A stretch of DNA of 13,951 bases from Candidatus Aenigmatarchaeota archaeon (GTDB lineage: Archaea > Aenigmatarchaeota > Aenigmatarchaeia > CG10238-14 > WAMV01): the NCBI GenBank assembly GCA_015522145.1, contig WAMV01000013.1, forward strand, positions 1-13,951. Direction: 5' to 3'. The translations under genes and the position numbers were made by a program. Below, piece by piece: positions 1 to 7,211 of the stretch (position 1 is the first letter of the stretch; every line of letters starts with the position of its first letter). The notes under the pieces are model-generated. The model was not told where the DNA came from, ran no database searches, and worked only from the letters and a program-made list of their open reading frames with translations.

Positions 1-33
1 TAAAACTTTTCTCTTTAGCAAATTTTCTCTCAT
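1..33 (-). CDS. Possible 5' end of a gene running off the left edge (MRENLLKRKVL...)
   Basis: CAT at 31-33 opens a minus-strand frame with no stop to position 1. A minus-strand TTTAAA (61-56) lies 28 nt upstream, the same spacing as for other genes here. Only 11 codons are visible. Confidence 0.4.
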   Translation of the reverse strand, partial: MRENLLKRKVL

Positions 34-76
34 GACAAAAATTAAAAAGTAGAAGTTTAAAAAATCTTTATAGATT

Positions 77-179
77 GGGCCGGTAGCTCAGCCTGGCAGA
101 GCGGCGGTCTTATAAGGCTTCCGCTCGTACATGGAAGCGTAAAAACCGTAGGTCGTGGGTTCGAATCCCACCCGGCCCA
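77..179 (+). tRNA. tRNA-Ile, anticodon UAU, with a 29-nt anticodon-loop intron; CCA not encoded
   Basis: Acceptor stem GGGCCGG(77-83)/CCGGCCC(172-178), discriminator A179. D-arm GCTC/GAGC. Anticodon stem GCGGT(104-108)/ACCGT(145-149). Loop CT-TAT-AA with anticodon at 111-113. 5-nt variable loop AGGTC. T-arm GTGGG-TTCGAAT-CCCAC. Confidence 0.95.
115..144 (+). other. tRNA intron (29 nt; either 115-143 or 116-144) with bulge-helix-bulge-like splice motif
   Basis: Intron hairpin GCTTCC(117-122)/GGAAGC(133-138); 4-bp helix TTAT(110-113)/GTAA(139-142); 3-nt bulge AAG(114-116). Flanking A runs make the two boundary options give the same mature tRNA. Confidence 0.9.
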
Positions 180-183
180 CAAC

Positions 184-188
184 TTTTT
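184..188 (+). terminator. Oligo-T tract after the tRNA, putative archaeal terminator
   Basis: TTTTT begins 5 nt after the discriminator. T tracts are common in this AT-rich DNA. Confidence 0.4.
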
Positions 189-201
189 AGAATTTTACCA
201 T

Positions 202-214
202 AAAAATTTAAAAC
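202..214 (+). promoter_or_regulatory. BRE/TATA-like promoter of the MFS gene
   Basis: AAAAA-TTTAAAAC; the first T (207) is 30 nt upstream of ATG 237. Confidence 0.6.
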
Positions 215-236
215 ACTCCCTATCAAACAAAATTTA

Positions 237-1466
237 ATGAAACTTGCGACAACCATAATACCTTTCAAAGTAATAAATGCTATCTTCTCCGTACTTATCT
301 TCTTGCTCGCTTTTGAGATTAGTAAAGGTAGTGTGGAAATTGGCTTAACTGCTTTATTTTACTCTTTGGGCAACATGATTTCTTCTATTTATTGGGGTAG
401 AAAAGCTTTTCTGATAAGAAACAAAATTAAGCTAGTTCTTATAGGCTATTTGGGCTTAATAGCTTCCTTATACTTTAGCTATCTCGCAAGCGTAATTTAT
501 TATGTTTATATTTCTGCATTGCTTTTTGGCTTATTCAGCAATGCAATTTACTTTTCTTTGCTTTCTTTGATAACTAAAAGGCAAAGAAAAAGAATACCTA
601 AACTTATTGGAAAATTTGAAAGTGTTGGAGGCTGGGCTTGGATTGTTGGACTAATAATTGGTTTTGTGTTAAGAAGCGTAATAGACATTAGAACTTTTTT
701 TGGACTTATGATAGCTATGACTTTGTTTGGAATGGTCTATAGCATCTACGTAATAAGAAAAAGCGTTATCAAAAAGTTGGTTAGAAAGCTTGGTAAGGAA
801 GGTTTGCTACCAATAATAGAAGAAAGCACACAATTATTACAAGCTCAAGAGGAAAGAGCTTTCAAAAAAATTGTTTGGTTTTCTCAGGCTGTAAGGTATC
901 AGTGGCCGAACTTTAAGTTCATTACACCACGAATATCAAGAAAAAATATTAAATTGCATTTTGCTTTTTTCGTACTTTTCTTGGCGTTTGGGCTTGTTTA
1001 TCCACAGTACATAACTTTGCTTAAAGAAAAGAAATTGGACGATTCCTTAGTTTTTGCTTTAACAACAATTTCATCGCTTTTGTCAGCAATTTACTATAAG
1101 CATGCAGGCACCATAAAGAAAGTTAAAAATACGTTATGGCATGCCATAGCTTCTCGCTCTATCCTATACATATTGCTTATAGCTTCCTTATTCTTTTATG
1201 GCATTCCATTTCTGTTTTTGATGGTTTTCTTCCAGGTTGTAGATGGAATAAGTTGGGCCTTCATAGCCATACCAGCCAACTCTTGGATAATGAAAAAATC
1301 TAAGAAAATGCTTGGCGTCAATAATTTTTACAGAGTCCTTGGCTACATGCTAGGCAGTTTAGCAAGCGGTTACTTAGTTAGCAGTATAGGATTTTGGTTT
1401 AACTTTGCATCAGCTGCTTTAATTGTTTTAATTTCTGCCACGCTTATTTCAAGAGTTAAACTTTAA
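237..1466 (+). CDS. Major facilitator superfamily transporter, substrate unknown
   Basis: 409 aa with two blocks of about six hydrophobic helices separated by a long basic loop. MFS-like segments: 'SVEIGL...YSLGNMISSIYWGR', 'GKFESVGGWAWIVGLIIG', 'GVNNFYRVLGYMLGSLASGYLVSSIGF'. Confidence 0.85.
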   Translation: MKLATTIIPFKVINAIFSVLIFLLAFEISKGSVEIGLTALFYSLGNMISSIYWGRKAFLIRNKIKLVLIGYLGLIASLYFSYLASVIYYVYISALLFGLFSNAIYFSLLSLITKRQRKRIPKLIGKFESVGGWAWIVGLIIGFVLRSVIDIRTFFGLMIAMTLFGMVYSIYVIRKSVIKKLVRKLGKEGLLPIIEESTQLLQAQEERAFKKIVWFSQAVRYQWPNFKFITPRISRKNIKLHFAFFVLFLAFGLVYPQYITLLKEKKLDDSLVFALTTISSLLSAIYYKHAGTIKKVKNTLWHAIASRSILYILLIASLFFYGIPFLFLMVFFQVVDGISWAFIAIPANSWIMKKSKKMLGVNNFYRVLGYMLGSLASGYLVSSIGFWFNFASAALIVLISATLISRVKL

Positions 1467-1469
1467 TTC

Positions 1470-1476
1470 TTTAAAT
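1470..1476 (+). promoter_or_regulatory. TATA-like box of lysS
   Basis: TTTAAAT begins 29 nt upstream of ATG 1499. Confidence 0.5.
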
Positions 1477-1498
1477 CAAAAAATCTTAACTATGATTA

Positions 1499-3106
1499 AT
1501 GCGAAGCACAGAATTTTGGCCCTATAAAATAGCTAAAGAATTAGTTAAAAAATTTCCTGATGTTGAAAAACAAGTAATTTCTAGCGGCACTTCAATGAGT
1601 GGTGAACCGCATATAGGCAATGCTAACGATGTTATAAGGGCAGATGCCATTTTTCAAGCTTGTAAAAAACTTGGCATAGAAGCTGAGCTTAACTGGGTAA
1701 GCGATGATATGGATCCATTGCGTAGCGTGCCTGCAGGAATGCCAAAAGAAATGCATGATTATTTGGGCATGCCAGTTTCTAGCGTGCCTGATTTTTGGCA
1801 GTGTCATGAAAATTTTGCCAGGCATTTTGAGGAAATTTTCCTAGAGCAACTAAAAGATGTGCTTGTAGAGCCAGTAGCTTACTTTGGCTATGATATGTAT
1901 CGTAAGGGAATGTATAACGAAACCATAAAGATTGCTATGGAAAAAAGAAAGGAAATAATGGAAATTTTAAACAAGTTTAGGACAAAGCCTTTGCAAGAAG
2001 ATTGGTATCCAATAAGCGTAATTTGTCAAAATTGTGGAAAAATAGCTACTACTAAAATCATTAGTTATGATGCTGAAAAGAATGAGGTTAGTTATGTTTG
2101 TAGTGAGCAAGAAGTTTTGTTGCACAAAAAGTATTTTGTTAAAGGTTGTGGCTATGAAGGTAAGGTAAGCATATTCAATGGCACATGCAAGCTTGTCTGG
2201 CGTGTAGAATGGCCAGCAAGATGGAGCTTCCTAAAAGTTACTTGCGAGGGCATGGGTAAAGAGCATTACATAGCTGGCGGTAGCTATGATACTGGTAAAG
2301 AAATTGTTAAGCTTTTTGGCTGGAAGGCTCCTTATCCTTTCTTCTACGAGCATTTCTTAGTTAATGGCCAGAAAATGAGCAAAAGCAAAGGTAATGTGGT
2401 TACTTTACCGGACATGCTAAGGTACATGACTGCTGAGCAAATAAGGTATTGGATGTTCCAAGGCTCTTTAACCACTGCTAAGGATATAAGGCTAAAAGAA
2501 ATGACCCCACACGTCATGGATGAATTTGATAGGGCTGAGAGAGTTTATTTTGGTATAGAGCAGGCTAAAAGTGAAAAAGAAAAAAACAATTTGATTAAAG
2601 CATATGAAATAGCTGTTGTTAATGTGCCGAAAGAAATAAGGTACCAGGTGCCTTTTAACATAGCAAAGCAAATAGTTAGCTTTATAGATCCAGCAAGCAA
2701 TTTTGAGCTTGCTAAAGAGCTCATAGAGAAAGTACTCAGGAAAAAAATTGACAAGCATGAGGATTACGTTAAAGAAAGGCTTCAAAAAGTCAGAAACTGG
2801 GTTGAAGATTTTGGAGAGGTAATTAAATTGGCAAAGCTTGATGAAGTTAAACAACTTCTTTCGCAGAAAGAAAAAGAAATCTTGAGCAACTTGGCAGAAA
2901 GAATAGCTAGTGTTCAAGAGCTTAATGAAGAAAAATTATTTGAAGAAATTAAGGCTTTAGCAAAAGAGTTTAACATTAGCCATAAGGAAATTTTCAAAAC
3001 GTGCTACAAAGTTTTGATAGGTAAGGAAGAGGGACCAAGGCTATACTATTTGATAAAAGCTCTTGGCCTAGAAATAAGTTTGAAAAGATTCAAGTTAGAA
3101 GTGTAG
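1499..3106 (+). CDS. lysS: Lysyl-tRNA synthetase, class I
   Basis: HIGH-like 'SGEPHIGN', KMSKS 'KMSKSKGN', 'SDDMDPLR', 'KLVWRVEWPARW', 'GKEH', Zn knuckle CQNCG, C-terminal 'GPRL'; 535 aa. Confidence 0.97.
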   Translation: MRSTEFWPYKIAKELVKKFPDVEKQVISSGTSMSGEPHIGNANDVIRADAIFQACKKLGIEAELNWVSDDMDPLRSVPAGMPKEMHDYLGMPVSSVPDFWQCHENFARHFEEIFLEQLKDVLVEPVAYFGYDMYRKGMYNETIKIAMEKRKEIMEILNKFRTKPLQEDWYPISVICQNCGKIATTKIISYDAEKNEVSYVCSEQEVLLHKKYFVKGCGYEGKVSIFNGTCKLVWRVEWPARWSFLKVTCEGMGKEHYIAGGSYDTGKEIVKLFGWKAPYPFFYEHFLVNGQKMSKSKGNVVTLPDMLRYMTAEQIRYWMFQGSLTTAKDIRLKEMTPHVMDEFDRAERVYFGIEQAKSEKEKNNLIKAYEIAVVNVPKEIRYQVPFNIAKQIVSFIDPASNFELAKELIEKVLRKKIDKHEDYVKERLQKVRNWVEDFGEVIKLAKLDEVKQLLSQKEKEILSNLAERIASVQELNEEKLFEEIKALAKEFNISHKEIFKTCYKVLIGKEEGPRLYYLIKALGLEISLKRFKLEV

Positions 3107-3109
3107 AAT

Positions 3110-4117
3110 ATGGAAAGTGTGTTTAAGAATGAATATGTGCTAGACCCAGAATACTTGCCTGAGGTATTGCCTTTTAGAGAAAACCAGATAAGAGTCATAG
3201 CTAACAATTTGCTTCCCTTAAAGTATGGAAAGAAAGCAAGAAATATGCTAATTTATGGTTTGCCGGGAATTGGCAAGACAGCTAGCGTAAAATTTGTTTT
3301 TAATAATTTGAAAGAAGAAGGAATTAAAACCGCTTATATTAACTGTTGGGTTCACAGAACTCCTGTAAGCATACTTGCTGAAATTACTCTTAGCTTAGGG
3401 TTTTTTGTTGCTAGAAGGGGCTGGGGCAAGGATGAGATTATGCATAGGCTTGTTGAAGCTATAAATAAAAGCGATGGCATAGCTATTTGTTTGGATGAGG
3501 TTGACAAAGCTAATAGCGAGGTTTTTTATGATTTGCTGCGCATAAATCAGTTTGTTGATAAACCAGTAGGTTATGTGTTTATTACAAACACATTAGATTT
3601 TTTGGCAAGGGTTGATGCAAGAATAAGAAGCAGTTTTCTGGTAGAAGATATTGAATTCAAGCCTTACAAGCTACACGAAATGGAAGAAATATTGAGGCAA
3701 AGGGCTGAGCTGGCTTTTTATGATTATGAGCATGAAGTTGTGAAGCTTGCTGCAAGCATAGCTATAAAGAAGAATAGTGATGTAAGAGTTGGTTTGGATT
3801 TGCTCAGGCGTGCTGGCTTAAAAGCTTGGGATGCTAACAGAGTAAAAGTTAAGCTTGAAGACTTGAGAAAAGTTATTGGCAAGGTTGATAATCCAAAGAA
3901 AAAAATTGTTAAAGAAAAAAACCTGAACGAAAAGGAAAGAATGGTGCTTAACAGCTTAAGCTATAAATATGAAAATGCTTTGGAAGTTTACAAAAATAGT
4001 ATGGTTAAAGATGTTATGGGTAAGAGAAATTTCTACAAATACATTGATAGGCTTGTCAACTTAGGTTTGGTGAAGAAAAAGAAACAAGGCAATAAGGTTT
4101 TTGTTAAAAAAATTTAA
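3110..4117 (+). CDS. cdc6: Orc1/Cdc6 family AAA+ replication initiator, compact paralogue
   Basis: N-terminal 'VLDPEYLPEVLPFRE', Walker A GLPGIGKT, 'YINC', Walker B ICLDEVD, sensor 1 FITN, 'FKPY...ILRQRAE', sensor 2 SDVR, short C-terminal winged helix. Confidence 0.93.
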   Translation: MESVFKNEYVLDPEYLPEVLPFRENQIRVIANNLLPLKYGKKARNMLIYGLPGIGKTASVKFVFNNLKEEGIKTAYINCWVHRTPVSILAEITLSLGFFVARRGWGKDEIMHRLVEAINKSDGIAICLDEVDKANSEVFYDLLRINQFVDKPVGYVFITNTLDFLARVDARIRSSFLVEDIEFKPYKLHEMEEILRQRAELAFYDYEHEVVKLAASIAIKKNSDVRVGLDLLRRAGLKAWDANRVKVKLEDLRKVIGKVDNPKKKIVKEKNLNEKERMVLNSLSYKYENALEVYKNSMVKDVMGKRNFYKYIDRLVNLGLVKKKKQGNKVFVKKI

Positions 4118-4120
4118 AAC
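4108..4120 (+). promoter_or_regulatory. BRE/TATA-like promoter of the 408-aa gene, overlapping the cdc6 stop codon
   Basis: AAAAA-TTTAAAAC; the first T (4113) is 30 nt upstream of ATG 4143. Identical to the MFS promoter motif. Confidence 0.55.
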
Positions 4121-4142
4121 ACAAACGAAGAATTTTTAATTA

Positions 4143-5369
4143 ATGACGAATCCCCTTAAGGTCGAGAAAGCTAGGGATTTGTTAAAATTGTATGATGTAA
4201 ATTATGAAAATAATGTCTATAAAGTCAGAGATTTTTTAAGAGAAATAAAAGAAGCTGATTATTGGGAAGAATATTTGGATGAGTATAGATTCTTACCAGA
4301 AGGTTTTTTCAAACCAATAAAGGAAGATTTCCCAAAGTTGGATTCTATGTTGAGTAACTATGAGTCTGTTTTATCGCAGATTCTTCAAGAAAGAGCTTTA
4401 GATTCTGAAGTTCTTTTAGATATTCTTGTTTTGTTCAATAAAGCTAAAAGTATATATAACCGTGATAAGGAAAGGAAGATCATTTCAGAAGAATTCATTG
4501 AAAGTTTTGCAGAGTTTTATTATAATTGGAATCATTCAGTTGGAAGAATTAAGATAGAAGTTGGGGATCAACAAATGACATTAAAAGAATATTTTGAAGA
4601 CAACAAGCGTTATTTATACGAAAATGTTTTGCTAGAAGAAAAAATAAAACAACTTAAAGAAGAGTTGGATGAATATAAAGAAAGCAATGAAGAACTAATA
4701 GAGCTCCTCGAAAACTTTGTAGAGATTGAAAATGTTCTTTTTATATTGTTGAAGATGTATTACATTTTCGCCACTAAAAAAGCTAGTAAAACGCTAGAAA
4801 TTGCTGTAGATAAAGTCGAAAAAGTGGATAGCGATCTTCTAGTTAATGTTATTGAGTTACCTAAATTCTTTTCATTGCCTTTGATGACTATGCAGTATGC
4901 AGAAAGAGCAGAGAAGGAAGCATTAAGGTTGGCTTTTGAAGAACATGTTCTGAAAGAAAGGATTTTGGCAATTTATGAAATTATCGAGAGAAATGGACTA
5001 TTTGACGATCAGCCCGAATTGATGTTGGCATGGAATAATCTCAAAATGTTGCCAGACGATTTAGAATATGCATATAAAATACTAAAGAAGGATGTTTACG
5101 AAGATCATGAGGTTGAAATAGAAAACTATGAAAAATTCGCAAGAGCTATAGGAGGGATTGATGTACTTCATAAAGGATTATTAATGACAATAAATAGCTA
5201 CTTGCAATTATTCGAGGGTGATGAAGAATATGCTATTCATAAAGATAAATTTCTGGAAAATAGCTATACACAATTTCGTCCATACTTTTTTTACGTAATT
5301 CTGTATAATCTATATTTCTATGTTCTAAAAGATCAACAATTATTTGGATTTTACTATCACAATCATTAG
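4143..5369 (+). CDS. Hypothetical acidic, mostly alpha-helical protein with central coiled coil and aromatic/hydrophobic C-terminus
   Basis: 408-aa ORF in AT-rich DNA, rich in E/L/K/Y, heptad-like 'LLEEKIKQLKEELDEYKESNEELIELLE'. I recognise no catalytic motif. Confidence 0.8.
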   Translation: MTNPLKVEKARDLLKLYDVNYENNVYKVRDFLREIKEADYWEEYLDEYRFLPEGFFKPIKEDFPKLDSMLSNYESVLSQILQERALDSEVLLDILVLFNKAKSIYNRDKERKIISEEFIESFAEFYYNWNHSVGRIKIEVGDQQMTLKEYFEDNKRYLYENVLLEEKIKQLKEELDEYKESNEELIELLENFVEIENVLFILLKMYYIFATKKASKTLEIAVDKVEKVDSDLLVNVIELPKFFSLPLMTMQYAERAEKEALRLAFEEHVLKERILAIYEIIERNGLFDDQPELMLAWNNLKMLPDDLEYAYKILKKDVYEDHEVEIENYEKFARAIGGIDVLHKGLLMTINSYLQLFEGDEEYAIHKDKFLENSYTQFRPYFFYVILYNLYFYVLKDQQLFGFYYHNH

Positions 5370-6138
5370 CATCAAGACTTCTGTATTTTCTCAAAAGTTC
5401 GTGAACTTTTTTTATTTTTTCTTTACCCTCATTAGAAATTTTAATTGCATAATAAATTGTCTGAACGGCTTTAACCATATCTAGCGCATCCTTGTATTTC
5501 AAAACATAATAAAATGATTGTGTATATAAATCAGAGTCTTCTGCATTTTCAGCTATAATCAAAACTGAATTTTTGCTATTAAAAACAACATTATAATCCA
5601 TATCAAAGTCGTCTGTAATCATAAAGATAAAATCATATTGATTTGCGTAATCTCTTACAATTTTTCCTTTGTTTATAAATCTTATCCTATTAGAAATTCC
5701 GCTACCATATATCTCTTTGAAATAGCTTCTTAAGCATGTTAAATAATTCACTGGCGAGTATGAAAGTAAATATAAATCTATTCTTTGTTCCAATAAAATT
5801 TCTAAAGCTTTCTTGGCTTTTGGTACAAAATTCATTCCTCTTTTCCAATCATCGCAAATCCTCCAGGCTTTAAATTTTAGAATTTGCTCTAAATAGTTTA
5901 TTCTATCTTTTAATTTTTGATTTAATACATTTTCTATTTCTTTTATGCTCTGATACTTCTTTACTATATTTTCTAAATCTTTTGCTTCTTGTTCTGAAAG
6001 TGTTAATAACAAACAATCTTTGAGCATGTTACCTTTGTAAAGTGTGTTATCAAAATCAAAAAACACGGCAATTCTTTCTTTTCTGTCTTTCAAAGCGTTT
6101 AAGTTTATTTCCCTTAGCCTAAGATAAACATCTTCCAT
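5233..6138 (-). CDS. HAD-superfamily hydrolase-like protein
   Basis: Motif I FFDFDNTLY (DxDxT), helical cap, motif II LLSYS, motif III Lys in 'NKGKIV', motif IV-like 'ITDDFDMD', plus a C-terminal extension. Confidence 0.8.
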   Translation of the reverse strand: MEDVYLRLREINLNALKDRKERIAVFFDFDNTLYKGNMLKDCLLLTLSEQEAKDLENIVKKYQSIKEIENVLNQKLKDRINYLEQILKFKAWRICDDWKRGMNFVPKAKKALEILLEQRIDLYLLSYSPVNYLTCLRSYFKEIYGSGISNRIRFINKGKIVRDYANQYDFIFMITDDFDMDYNVVFNSKNSVLIIAENAEDSDLYTQSFYYVLKYKDALDMVKAVQTIYYAIKISNEGKEKIKKVHELLRKYRSLDANDCDSKIQIIVDLLEHRNIDYTELRKKSMDEIVYSYFPEIYLYE

Positions 6139-6141
6139 TAT

Positions 6142-6148
6142 TTTATAA
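6142..6148 (+). promoter_or_regulatory. TATA-like box of map
   Basis: TTTATAA begins 28 nt upstream of ATG 6170, within the 31-bp divergent intergenic region. Confidence 0.5.
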
Positions 6149-6169
6149 TTTCGATTTCAAAACTTTTTT

Positions 6170-7021
6170 ATGAGCTTGGAAAATTACAAAAAAGCTAGGG
6201 AAATTTGGCTAGAAATTAAAAACATAGCTGAAAAAATAGTAAGGCCTGAAGCAAGCTACCTAGAAATTTGCGAAACTATAGAAAAGGAAATTGTTGCAAA
6301 AAATGCTAAGCCTGCATTTCCTGTAAATATTTCTGTTAATGAAATCGCTGCTCATTATACAGCTAGCATTGATGATAAAAATAAAATAGCAAGCAAGGAT
6401 GTTGTTAAGCTAGATTTTGGGGTTATGTATGGCAATGTTATTTATGATGGTGCAATAACTTTTGATTTTAGCAAAGAGTATGAAGAAATGATTAAAGTTG
6501 CTGAAAAAGCTGTAAAGGAAGGTGTTAAAAACTGCAAACCTGGTAAAAAAGTTTGGGAAATTTCTGAAGCTATAGCTAGTGTGGTAGAGGCTAGTGAATT
6601 TAACTTAGTAAGAAATTTGAGCGGACATAAAATAGAAGCTAATAAATTGCATGCAGGTATAAGCATTCCAAACTATAGAAATAAAATAAGCTATGAACTT
6701 AAAGAAGGTGATTTAATAGCTATAGAAGTTTTCTTAACTAACGGCTCTGGCTGGGTAAAGGATAGCAAACCTGTAGAGATTTTTGAATTCAAGCAAAGAA
6801 AGCCTGTACGCGATGCTCATGCAAGAAAAATACTGGATCTTGCGGAAAAAGAATTTAGCAAGCTACCTTTTGCAAAAAGATGGTTGAAAATGAGCAAAAG
6901 CATTGTGGATTTAGCAATTAATAAGCTTGTTGAGCTTGATGCTTTGCATGCATTTCCAGTATTGAAAGAAATCTCTAACGGAATTGTGGTTCAGGCTGAG
7001 CAGACCGTTTATGTTAGCTAG
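6170..7021 (+). CDS. map: Methionine aminopeptidase, type II
   Basis: 'AFPVNISVNEIAAHYT', metal ligands in 'KLDFG..IYDGA', 'NLSGH', 'LHAG', 'AIEVF', 'QAEQT'; type II helical insert 'LPFAKRWL'. Confidence 0.96.
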   Translation: MSLENYKKAREIWLEIKNIAEKIVRPEASYLEICETIEKEIVAKNAKPAFPVNISVNEIAAHYTASIDDKNKIASKDVVKLDFGVMYGNVIYDGAITFDFSKEYEEMIKVAEKAVKEGVKNCKPGKKVWEISEAIASVVEASEFNLVRNLSGHKIEANKLHAGISIPNYRNKISYELKEGDLIAIEVFLTNGSGWVKDSKPVEIFEFKQRKPVRDAHARKILDLAEKEFSKLPFAKRWLKMSKSIVDLAINKLVELDALHAFPVLKEISNGIVVQAEQTVYVS

Positions 7022-7161
7022 CTTTTGAAAAATAAATTTATGCTAGTCGCTATCTTGTAGCCACATTTCTGACATTTGCCATCATTGTAAAGCATAATTT
7101 TCTTTTCAAAAATGTAGCCGCATTTAGGACATTTTATTTTAGAAGGTGAAAGCAATCCCAT
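7018..7161 (-). CDS. Small C4 zinc-ribbon protein, 47 aa (absent from the ORF track)
   Basis: Manual translation: MGLLSPSKIKCPKCGYIFEKKIMLYNDGKCQKCGYKIATSINLFFKS*. Two CxKCGY knuckles. Fills the otherwise empty map-polB gap. Its stop overlaps the map stop at CTAG (7018-7021). TTTAATTT lies 27 nt upstream. Confidence 0.85.
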   Translation of the reverse strand: MGLLSPSKIKCPKCGYIFEKKIMLYNDGKCQKCGYKIATSINLFFKS

Positions 7162-7211
7162 GATTTTTATTTGGGCAATAAAATTAAATGGATTTGTATA
7201 CTACAAAATCT

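Noticed and set aside
109..144. Alternative anticodons: UAA (Leu) via a different intron position, or a UUA suppressor
   Set aside because: The 5-nt variable loop excludes Leu. The U33 rule, stem register and splice helix all support UAU.
150..179. tRNA 3' end as the attachment site of an integrated element
   Set aside because: I saw no duplicate of the tRNA 3' end and no integrase in the window; the downstream genes are housekeeping.
1592..2917. Minus-strand ORFs 1592-1825, 2492-2917 and 2545-2754
   Set aside because: Antisense shadows of lysS with no recognisable motifs.
3107..4142. Replication origin (ORB/DUE) next to cdc6
   Set aside because: The intergenic gaps are only 3 and 25 bp and I see no ORB-like G-string repeats.
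6442..6666. Minus-strand 74-aa ORF
   Set aside because: Antisense shadow of map.
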